DNA of 64,000 nucleotides from Phoronis australis (lineage: Eukaryota > Animalia > Phoronida), in assembly GCA_002633005.1 (NCBI GenBank), contig NMRA01000015.1, positions 1,174,218-1,238,217 of the forward strand. Direction: 5' to 3'. Below are positions 13,501-25,500 of this stretch, piece after piece. The stretch's first letter is position 1; every line of letters begins with the position of its first letter. The notes beneath the pieces were generated by a model. It was given only the letters and a program-made list of their open reading frames with translations, had not been told where the DNA came from and ran no database searches. The position numbers were made by a program, and so were the translations under genes.

Positions 13501-16500
13501 TTATTGCACGTTGAACGTCATTAAAGTATGAATTCATCAGTGTTTACATTGTTCGGACTGCGCTCCTAAGTAAGTATTGATTATTCACCGCTTGGAGCGC
13601 TAGTGTTTCGACCGGTAACCATTGCGGCGAATGGTAAAATGGCGGAGTGAACTCTCCTATACTCGTACACTCCTTGTTGATACCATACAACTGAACAGTT
13701 TGGTTAAGAACACTATTAAGCGTTTATTTCTGTTAACAAAGTTTTACAGTACCAAACATCAAGTTATTCCAATACACACAGTCCAACTTCAAGTGTTCAT
13801 ATGCTACTGTGGCAGAGAGAAACAGCTCTCAATTTTGTGAATTTACCTTGCCTAAGACTGGTAGATAGGCAATAGAGAAACCGAACATTCAGCGTTCGGT
13901 TTCATTATAGAGTGCCGTGCTGCTAACCAGTGTTTGTTGTGTCAAGAATTATAGAACCAGTTGGCAGCTTACAGATGCGGTGGACAAACAGAACGCATCC
14001 CTTCACACTCTTAAGTGATCACGACAAGACATACCTAAGCACTCGCATAGCATATGATCGATGCAGTATATTTTTACCAACTGAAATGTGGAGTTGGTGA
14101 ATTGATTTAGAAAATTGTTTTCAAACAGAAGCAATAAACTCTGACATTCTCACGGGGAACACTTGAAGAATGACATCCTGGAATTCAAGATATGTTTGTT
14201 ATCAACACAAGACAGACAGTAACAATCATTAGTGAACCAAATTAAAGTGCTCAATTACATAGAAACAAGCCATGTGATTGACAAAATCAAACAATGAAGG
14301 CTCACTGGAAATTTCCGAGAACAAGCCAACTCGTGAGCCCATATGAGAAATCTTTTTCAAATGTACGCTGGGGTAAATTCTGCAATAGCCACTTTCCAAA
14401 TATAGAGGGCTTGCTATCAGAAATTTCATGTAGTTCTACCCACAAACACATACGCACACCAACACTAGATAGATGACCCATGTCATCCCAAATGGGTTTG
14501 CTCTTGATTGTTCAAGAAAGTCAAGAAATATCCATATTAGAGATGCAGAAAGGAAATCTTAACATTCTGCTGTTGTGACAAACAAATAAAATACTCTTCT
14601 TTTCACAGAGCAACAAGCATTATGTTAGCTGTCAAGGGAAAACAGTGCAACTCCATTGCAGTGGTGCGTGAGTGCATGTTGTGTACCTTGGTGTTTAGAA
14701 TGGAAGAAAGTTGACTTACCAGCAATGATAACGACGATTAAGAGTACAATACCAATTATAATTAACCACATCTGAAAGTGCCAAGAAACCAACTCAAAAA
14801 ACTTAATACAGGTAGAACATAGACAACTCAGGTCAAGTATAAGGCGTGTGCAGAGATCTGATACTGTCCTGGGCTAGTTAACATCACCAGGCCACTAGCT
14901 TTTATTATTAAAATCCTGCAGCTAACTGTGAGCACAAGAACAGGCAAAGCGTTTACAGTTCTGGCTACTTATTGCCGTAACGGTCTCATTTTATAGTCAG
15001 GCAGAAAACGAGAGTGGTTATAATTTAGATTTTCTTTTCGTAACATCACTTGGAATTCTCACTTATCCTCGTGGTCCTGAATAGTATGTAATACCGTAGC
15101 CATCCAGGTTAACACCCACCCTCAAATTTGCAAATTTTCACTTTTGAACACCCATGCTCCACCTGGTGCCCACCCTCCATTAAGACAATTGAGACTCCTT
15201 TAAAAGTGCCAGACTCTATGTGAACGCCAGTCTCACAAGAACCTTGGCTTCCAAAACATCTCTAACACACTTAACTTTGGCAACAAAAAGTCACTCTCAG
15301 TGTCGCCTTTACGTATTCAGGCAGGGAAAGAACTTTTTAATGAAGCACACCTGTAATGGTTCTTTTGGCTCATGTACATTCCAATATTATCGAACTTGTG
15401 TGAAATAATATCGCAGAAGGCATTTGTGAGAGTGAGTCCACCATTCGGCTAAAAGCCCGTCCCTGATTTCTCAAACAAAATTTTAAGTGCCCCTGCCCTG
15501 CTTCATGGCCATCCCGATTAATTTTGTTGATTTCCCAATCTAAGCACTTCCTATTGTTAACCCAGATAAGCATGGCATTCTGATAATGAGAGGAAAACGT
15601 AAGACAAGCAGTTATTTCAAAACATTTTGCTTTAATGCTCTTACCAATCACAGTGCTCGGATACATTAAAAAAATTTTGGTTTATTTTCTAACCCAACAA
15701 CTTGCTGATCAAATCTCTGGACACGGGTATAAACATAAAAGTGAATGGACAAAAACTAAAAAAATTGAAAGAAAAAACTGCGACATCGACGTGTTATACA
15801 GGTTCAGGGCTAGGTCGTCATAAACTTACCGATTAGGACTATAACCACAACCCCGATAACCACGCCCAAAACAATCATCATCTGTAAAGTGTCAACTAGC
15901 GTGAAATGAAATGAACACACAAGTGTGCACCTTCGTGCACAGAATGAACACAGTTGTAAATGATATGTGTATAATACTTAATAATAACAATGAATAACCC
16001 TCAGAGGATACCAGCCGTGTTCTTTTCCCACGCTATTTCATCAACAAGGATTTTTTGTTGGAAAGCCATACATTTTATAGTATGGGTAGGGATTCTTGCC
16101 TGATTTTGGATGGTGTCATTGGTATGAACACCACACAAGGTTTACAACACCTTATGTGGGTTTCCACTAATAGATCGAATAGAGCTGAGGTGAAATTGTA
16201 TGATTCCAATCGGAAATGGGACAAAAGTGTCTATTAAAGATATGGCACTGGCTGTCCCTCTGAAAACAATTAGTGAAAAGTGTTTCAAATCATACAGTCA
16301 TAAAATATACAAATTTGCACATGTGAGCCCATAGGCATCAACAAAACAAGAGGCATTCAAGAGAAACCAAGACCGGCAAACATCCGTAAACACAAACAGG
16401 CAAACAGACGGACAGACAAACAGACACGCAGACGGTGAACTGAAGTGACCACAAGAGGGCACCACTTACCACCGGCCACAATGACCACCAAGCCAATCAC

Positions 16501-19500
16501 CACACCCATCATGATCATGCTCTGAAAACAACGTTAATAATATGCACAGGCCGAGGTCAAAGGTTAGTGCAAAGCAGGAGGGACAGACAGGCAAAGCTCC
16601 ACCCACATCTAGCTAAAGCTTGAGATCATACAGGGGTACAGCTCAACATCACTTGACTAGACAGGCCAAGCCCCGCCCATATCTAGCTGAAGCTCGAAAT
16701 CTTAAGGGGAGACAGCTTGGCAAGCCAGTAAAAGGGGTTCCGCAGTTTGAGAACCAGTTTTATCCACAGAATAACAGGAATAACAACTGGTTCTCGAAAT
16801 CCAGGACCTCTGGAAGTGACTATTGCGGACAGCTTCACGTTTGTCTGGAAGGGCTGCATTTTGTATAAACATGCAGATCAGTCAAACTGAAAATCTTTCA
16901 GTTTCAGGAGCACTTGCGACACCCTAAGTTCCACTGCATCAACCAGTAACTCACCCTGGTGTTCAGTCAAAGAACCCGGTTATTTTCATTAGAATGACTG
17001 TCACATTGCTTTCGGCACATGAAACAACTAAACCAAGAATTTCAACTTCTTGAGTTTTGTCTTCAGCCCTGATTCATCGGGGAACTGTCTTGAGTCCTGA
17101 CTTTAAGCTAAACATCAGTCAACGGTTGACTTAGCCAGCTTCATGAAATCAGACCAAGGCTAAACGCCAGAAAATCTGTCTACAATTTGAAGCCAAAAGA
17201 CAGAAATTCATAATCTGCTCTGGAGCAGACTAAAAGCCAAAGTCAAAAGATAAGAAATCAACAGTTGGCTATAGACTCTAGGAGAAACAGGCCACAGTTC
17301 CTTTCAGACCAGAAATAACTAATCTGTGTAAGGCTAAAGTTGAGACCCCTTATATCAGTAAGCAGTTGGATTTAACAGAAAGCATTTTTATATCAAAACT
17401 TGCCAAGAGGGACTAAAAATATTTGACCACATTGTTTTCATTTACAGCTAGCTGACAGTGCAATTTTGACAGTAAAGCTGATGAAACCCAAATCTCACAA
17501 TCCCAAAATATCCCAAGGGCTAGTTTCAACACAAGTAAGAAAAATAAGCAGTCAGAAGGACTTGGGAGGTCACAAAGCCACACAGGCAGACTTAATGCAG
17601 GTGAGAAAGAATTCTGACAAATCTGACAACTGCATCAAACCTTAATCAGATGACCCACAGCCGACTATTAGCACATAAATGACTTTAATGACTATTCATT
17701 TCCATACGCAGCCTACTGAGACACAACAGATTAAAGCCAGTTTGCACCGTGAAAAGCAAATGCACGGCACAGATTTAAAACGCTAAATCATGCAAAAGAC
17801 TGCGAAATAACATAGAGATCACAAACCTCCAAAAAGACATACTCAAGAGCTAGAAACCATTGAACTTCTTTGTTAAAAATATTTATTTCGCCCAACAACT
17901 TGTTTGAAAAGGTTCGTAATGAATAAAACCAGAAGAGAACTCGTTTATCAGTTGATGCATCTAGTAGTCAAATTCAGCAAATATGGCGAAAAACAGGACA
18001 AACCAACACCAACAGAGTGACTCCACCAAGAGCAAAGCCTACCGCACACTGTACAACTCGACTCTATTCAACGACTCAATTCAATGGATAGTTCCGACAA
18101 ACACACCTAGGTCATGCCCACAAGTCCACCAGATATGCAGGTTATCTATTGTAGAATTGCAACAGATACTTTTTGTTGTGTTCCTAATATTTCAGTTCTA
18201 TTACCAAATGTAGCTGTACAATCACAAAGGGCCCTAGTGGAAAGTTAACCATTACACGCAGGCAGCAGTATATATATCCACAATATGAAGTCTTCGAGTC
18301 CACGCAGATTACTAAACCATTCGCATAAATTGGGCTCCACTCAAATAACAGCTCAATTCAAACTATCAGGAACCAAGGTTGTTACTCAATACTGTTGCAT
18401 TACGCTGCACTTAAAAAAAGTTTGGTGACACAATAAGGTGCACTCTTAAGTTATTTCATAATACAGCTGACAATGAAGAAAAACTGTGTTCACACGATTA
18501 GTCAGTCTAAAGTTTTGTTGGTTGCCACTTGTGATCTGCAGTACATCCACAGTCTGAGTGTCCCAAGCTCATTCGAAAAACCAAGTTTCTGCTTTTGTTA
18601 GCTACAAATATTTGTGGGACAAAGATGGAGGATGATCGCAACATTTACGATTCCCTGCAGTCTGACTGGTTTGAATTCACAGCTTGATCAAAATGTCGGA
18701 ATTATCCATTGTTGAGATGTAGGATGAGGCACACAATGCTGTCTGATAGCAACTAATGCTCTGTTGCCTCGTCAAATATCAGAGGTCATGTAATTCACAA
18801 GATTATAGTCCTAACAGCAGCTGAGATGAGTTATGCCACACAGTATGCGGCAAGCTTTGGAGGATTGAGCCATTACAGCAAAAGGCTAAAAGCAAATCTC
18901 ACCCCAGTCATAAGTTATGTGACGCCACTTTGTTTAGCAGTACCCGAGCTGCACAAGCGAATATCACACATTTCGTTGACTCGGTAAAAACCACTTCTCG
19001 CACAAAAAATGAAACTTGACGGCTGACAACTAAATTTGAGACTGTTCACTGGCAATAAACCAATGCTTCCATGGGTGGATTGTTGTCTTCCATTTGGGAA
19101 CATAGCGCGAACATTTCAGAAACCACTTAAAGCCACAAGCAGCGAAAAGTACAAAGATGTCATTTTAGTACCTTAACCATATGGAGGTTTTTTGGCAAAT
19201 TGAAGTTGTCACTCTATGACTCAAAATAGAATTCACCGAATGTTTCTAAAGCTTAATTCACTGCTGCAAACTTGACTCACTCTTGTATCAGAATTGAGTT
19301 GACCTAATTATCACTACATGTGGCTCTAAGTGGATAATAAATAAAAACTACAAACCAAATTGAAGAAAAAAGGGGACACAATTCCTAAGAGGCTCGCAAA
19401 TTTAACGCAGCTTTACCAAGAACACGAGTGAACCGCAACTGTGCAACGTACTCAAGTCTGGCGTGTTGGGGTTAGCGAGTGCAACCGAAAGTCGAATTTA

Positions 19501-22500
19501 AGCATAGAACACCAAATAATCCCAATCCCCAGGACAACATAGAATTTTTGGACCTTGGTATTATTCCACCACATTTTCCTCTTGAGTCGGCTGGATGTAT
19601 TAACAAATTGTGCGGCGCCTAATTCAAGCTGGCCTATTGGGAACAAGAAGAGGACGAAGCAAGATTTTGTGAGGTTAACAATTGAAGGGTAAAAGCAGGT
19701 CAACAGGTGACCCTGAGCTGAAAAAGGGTTCAACGATGGCGTTCGGCAGAGAACTGTTACAGGACAAAAATGTTCTTTGTTCGAGTGCTGTTTACTAGAG
19801 GCAAACGGGTTATGTTCATGTTCAAAAAAAAAACTGTTCTGTTATGCAAACACAACCTTTTACTATTTAAATACAACAGAACAGTCAACACGTTGTCATA
19901 AGTTTCAGCCAAATGCATCAGTGAACCCTTTCCTATGACCATACAATACAGGCACACCATGTTGGGACCAGCCACTGTGTTAGTGGGCAGCTTTTGTGGA
20001 AGCAACTCACAACAAACAACTAGAGCTAACAAATGAGGGCGCTACCTTGCAGTTCTTCCACCACATCTTTCGCTTTAGTTTCCCGGCGCTCGCCTCAAAC
20101 TGCGAAGCTCCAGCCTGTAACGCATCTAGACAGCACAAAACAGTGTTTAGCTGATGACCAGATCATAGTATGGCGCAACACATCTAGCACACTACTAACT
20201 CCAGCCTAACATTACTACATTATTACAAGACAATACTTCCCCACCCATAGCACACACAAATAATAATGCATGGCAAGGTTGTTATGTCCAGAATGTCCCC
20301 CCCCCCCTAAGAGATCAAAATGCTTACAGTGAGTAAAGAAACACTTGAATGCATTACGTTACTCAAATTTAATGAAAATAAGATTAAACACCTTGTTAGA
20401 TTTCTAGCAGATTCTAAAACCCGTTTTTCATATGGAGCATGTTTGAAGTAAAGATTCTTTGTTCAAATTAACATAAATCCTGTTTTTGAGCTTTGAATTG
20501 CCAGGTATCTAAATTACAAAAATTGATTAACAGAAACGCATCAACAGATTCATAATGTAAATGTGATCAGCCACTGGTTTCAAAATACACAGAGACTGGT
20601 TACAAATCTGGTCAAATCTTGGCCTCATTACCTGCCCTGTCGTCCAACTCGGACAGTTTCTGATCCCTCTCCAACACTTTGTCCACGTTGACCCTCATAA
20701 TGTCCACCACCTGTCCAGTAGAAAGCACTGTTTAGAATTGGCCATCACCAACCACAATTCAAATGCATAGAAAGCTTAGGGGGCAAAATACTCTAAATTT
20801 TGTGAATTTTGAATGACAACTTCAAAACGAGATGTACAGAAATGCAAGTGCAGTACAAACCAAAAATAATCGTACATAACATATGTTTCCCATCATGCCA
20901 AGTCGTCATTTCAGTTGCTGTGTAATTGAACTCCACTTCCACTCAAATATCACGACAGAGAACACTGCATGCACTCAAGTCATCATGATGGGGTCTCCTG
21001 CATCATTCTGCCCGATTGTTTATGGTGTGCACTTTAGCTATTTGTTTAAGCCTGCTTTAAACTAGAAGTAAGTTTTTTAACTTCTTGGTTTTGATCCAAG
21101 TTTCAAAAGATAGAAGCAAAACTATGCGGGTGAGGTTCGAATTAAACTTCTGCCCCTGCAGTCATTGAAACACACATTTTGTCTTCAACATTAGGTAAGC
21201 ATCTAACTTTAATAACCAGCCACACAGTGTTGTCGAAGAAGGCACTTGTCATTCAAGTGCCACTCCAGGGGTACTGGGGAGTTCTGACTGGCCACAAGTT
21301 GGCAGGGGCTCAGTACCGAAGACGAAAATGCTGAAAGAATAAAAATTACCACTAGGGTGGACAACGGCAACCGGATCTGTCTGAATAAGTGTACCTTCGA
21401 GACCACCATACGCAAGACTAGATAAAAATTGATCAAACACTTGGCAAGCTCAACAGAAACTTTGTTATTTCGTGTGCTGCGATTACTCAATTGACAAGTA
21501 GTCTTGCATAATGTTTGGTAGCCTCATTCTCTGAGGTTTAGAGAAAATCTCCTTAAGTTTCCTGAAGTTCTGTCTCTAGCTTTACCTCGTCCACTTGGGC
21601 CTGTGTCTGTTGAAGTCGTTTGCTGGGCTGAGCCTTGACTGGGGCGGGTGGTGGGCCACCTGTGCCACCTTGAAGTCCGTCAGACCTGTAATTACAGGTA
21701 AGAACAGGTAAGACAAACAACTAATGACTTTGGACCAAGAATAGGCTCAAGCTGACAACACGTTTTTCTGCTATTTAGCAGGGATGCCACTCAAGACTCG
21801 TCAGTAGAATTTTTTTTCAATTTCAAAAACTACACATTATAAAATAGACTGAAGATTGATGAAATTGTTTACAAATTGAGGAATTAGACTAATTAATTCA
21901 ACAAAGCTTCTCCGCACGTTTTAAAGGACAACAGCATTAGAATGTGCATTTGTCATTGCTAATGGATGTAATATAGGTTCCTCTGCTCATGGTGACGTCT
22001 TTAAACCACGGGCAAACTTGGCAAATGAACTGTTGTCAGACAAGATAGCACAGATTCAGCGGTTTAAACCGGAAAACCAGCAAACTTGAAAGACAAGGAA
22101 AAAAGCTTGTTTTGTGAAATGAAAATAGGTGAAACTTGAGGAGCCAAGTTTCCAAGGAGCGTGAAAGCCACCAGGCACTATTCAGTATCCAAAAGGGATT
22201 TGCCTCTTTGCGTAAAATATCACAAATTTAGGACACGATATGGCCCACAAGTCAATTTCATTTGTTTTCATAAAAGATGAGCAGTACCAATTAATGTCAT
22301 TGTTCTCTTTACGCTCTATTCCATAGCAGTGCTTTGGCAAATTGAATGCATTCACAGAAATGCTAGCAACTTTTGAAACATACAAACGATTAATTTTGGC
22401 AATCATTTTGGTGCGACTTTATCAAGAGCAATTCCGAGATAGTCAATAACCTATAATGCCCCAATATTACAGTTCCACGAATGAGTGAGCTTGGGCTACA

Positions 22501-25500
22501 CATTCACAACTATAGACTACATCCTTCTCTGTGTATCTCTGAGTATTTTGGACATCCATGTTGCAATGAAAGAACAACTGTTTGATAGCTGTTTAAAAAT
22601 AACTTGATGATCCACTAAAAATGAACAATCATGGCAGACAGATTAATTACATAAAAACAATATCATGTTTTTGTTAATCAAATACTGAGATTAAGTCATT
22701 CTAAACAAAGAGTACTGGTCACTTATTCTAACGACTCTATAGATCAGAAACCAACATGTAGAATTTTAATAACCCGCAGTAAAAATAACACACTGATGTG
22801 ATACAAACCTGGTCCACCTGCTAATAATTATATGCAAATGAGTAAAAAGTGAAAAACAAATCATACCAGTACAAACTCATATATACACAAAAAATACACT
22901 CAAATAAGATCTAATAGGGCCAAGTTCAGGGACAAGCACACACTGACACAGAGTTGTGTACATTACAAGACCTAATGTATCCTTCTCAGACAAAAATAGA
23001 ACTGCACACAATTAGGGTAAAAATAATTCCTTTATGCAGAATACTCAAGATTTTCTGTCTCCTGAGCTTCACGCAAGAGGTCTCACTTCAAACTTACAGA
23101 GCATATCATTCAGACTCATTCCTTATTTTTTTTTTCAGAAAAAAAAAAATCCAGAAGTAACACAAGTTTTTATCTGTCACATGACAAACGTACTGTTTAT
23201 GATATTTACTAATTCTAAACTTAATTTTTGCATCAGCCTGAATGTAATCCCTGAACGTGACCAAATTATAATTCATTGTGCATTCAAAACTATCACTCAA
23301 AAACAAAAAGCATAAGATAAACCAGGAGACGTCTAGTGTCTCAGGCAGTGGTTACTATGGATACTTACAAGGGGCCATCAGGCCCCTGTGAGCCCCCTGC
23401 CTCAGAGGCGGGCTGGTCATCGCTAGGAGCAGACCTGAACATCGACAAGGGGTGAAGTCGATCAGACAAGAAATGACAACAGGTAAAGAAACGAGTAGAA
23501 AAATATAAAAAAATAAGCGTATGGGCATGCCAAATGACACCGAGAGCGGCAATTTTTGAAGCCACATCAATTACTTTCCAAGAGATTTTCATTACACAGG
23601 GCCAGGTGGAAAATTCGGAAGTTTTCTGCACAAATTTGACTTCAATTCAAGTATAACCACATGTATAGTTTCAATTCCACACCCACTGGTAATGGAATCT
23701 CCATGTGTTTGGTTTGGCGTCATGGCTCGTTATGCACATTTTCCATTTTTCACATTTCTTGGTTAAAATACACAGACACAAAGTGGCCTCTGTACAGTAA
23801 TGTAGACGGGTATCCCACGCCGTCGACCACGTGTAGCCACTGTACGCGTGACAGTAAATAGTAGAAAACGTGAACAATAAAAGCCTGCCATACAGCATAC
23901 TTGATCCTGAACAGAGCGCCACTTAGTGTGTGTGTAAAGAAGATTAAACTAGATATTAAATATGCATGCATCAAATATCCAATTGCAGCACACATACGGA
24001 GGAGGTACAGGGCTAGGCTCCATAATAACTCTGAAATGTAACAGTCGACTCATGAATGGTCAAAATATCCCAAGTCTACCCCAAACTAAAACACACAATG
24101 CAAAGCAGAGGTGGCCATGCAAGGCCCTCACTAAGTTTAGGAGAAGGAAACTGTGACTTCCAAGACAGAATGCAGCACTCGACGCTTAGCCTAACGCCAA
24201 GCCGCATTTGGCAACCTTTTAACTTTTTGTTATAATTTAAGCATGTGTTTGATGTGTGCTGACTGCTGTGGTAGGTGGCAAATACACTGATTTCACAAAA
24301 TAACCGGAACAGTTGTGAGCCAAAGATATTAATTCTAGGAAAATTCTTAGTCATTTAAAGTTTTAAAGCCAACGCAAACTTTGAAACAAATTTCGGGGTA
24401 ATTATTGTCTGACTGATGCTTGCAGCGGAGACTTTGTGGCGACTTGGGAGTTTTCTCAGGTCGCCAAATACAATCTGAGGTTGCATTGAGTGCTAGAATG
24501 TGTAAATTTTCTCCACCCCGCATAAATATTTGTTTTAAAAGGGAAAAGAGGCCAATATCTGACTCCAAAATCAAGGCAGCGAGAGCCTAGCAGGTTTTTA
24601 ATTTAGTTCTGAAAAAAAGAGGATCTAACAATCCAGAGGCCATGAAATTGAATGGTAATGTGACAATTTAAAGTCGTCTTTACATGAGAGACAGCTGAGC
24701 CAGCGCAGCTAACACAGAACAGTTGTACTCGATCAGTTGCTAAAGCCTCACCTGTACCACTAAACACAACTGGGGCAGGGCGGAAATGGATCATCTTTCA
24801 TTGCACTAGCACAATAGCGCAATAGCGTATATTGGGGTGATCAGCTGGTATTTCACATGGTTTGGACATTGGCAAATGTTTATGCCAGCATGCCCTGACA
24901 GTCTTTGTGTAAGTGACTCATGCTGATCCAGTTTGTGATCTAATGTTGTGTAAATGCAACTTAAGTGAATCAAGTCGCTCCGCTCCGTGACAACTGACAC
25001 GGTGACATCAGTCTACCGTGTAAAAGCGGCTTTCAAAATCCATGCAACACTGGGTCTACCCTCAGCATTAAATGATTCACCAATGCCAGCCAGTTACACA
25101 AAATGAGAACGAAATGCCTGGCTGTAAAATATTCATGAACCATATGTTTCAAGATAAATACAACAAAAATCAATTTCAACAGGTACTTCCCCTTACTATC
25201 AACCATGCAAATTAACAGGTTTTGATAATTAACAAACCAACATTTAATGCAAAGAGTTATTAATTAAATTCCTCCAATAATTAAAAAGTATCTACAAATA
25301 TTTCTGTTTTCTTGAAGTAGTAAATGGTGATGAATTTCAAGAGTTAACTCCCCTGAATACAGATTAAGAGTTCCCTATCACTTCATCAGAGGTCTGTGAG
25401 CACCAACAATTCTCATGGCTTTTGATTTGCATAGCTTAGAAGTTCCTGACTTGATATTCAGGAATAAGTGCCAGATGAACCATTTTCTCACTTCAACTTT

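Noticed and set aside
9708-14685. Possible docking/selector RNA pairing (AACATGCACTC at ~9708 with GAGTGCATGTT at ~14670; TGCACAG upstream of two TM exons)
   Set aside because: Matches of 7-11 nt are expected by chance over this span. No convincing Dscam-type docking site was found by eye; covariation analysis across species is needed.
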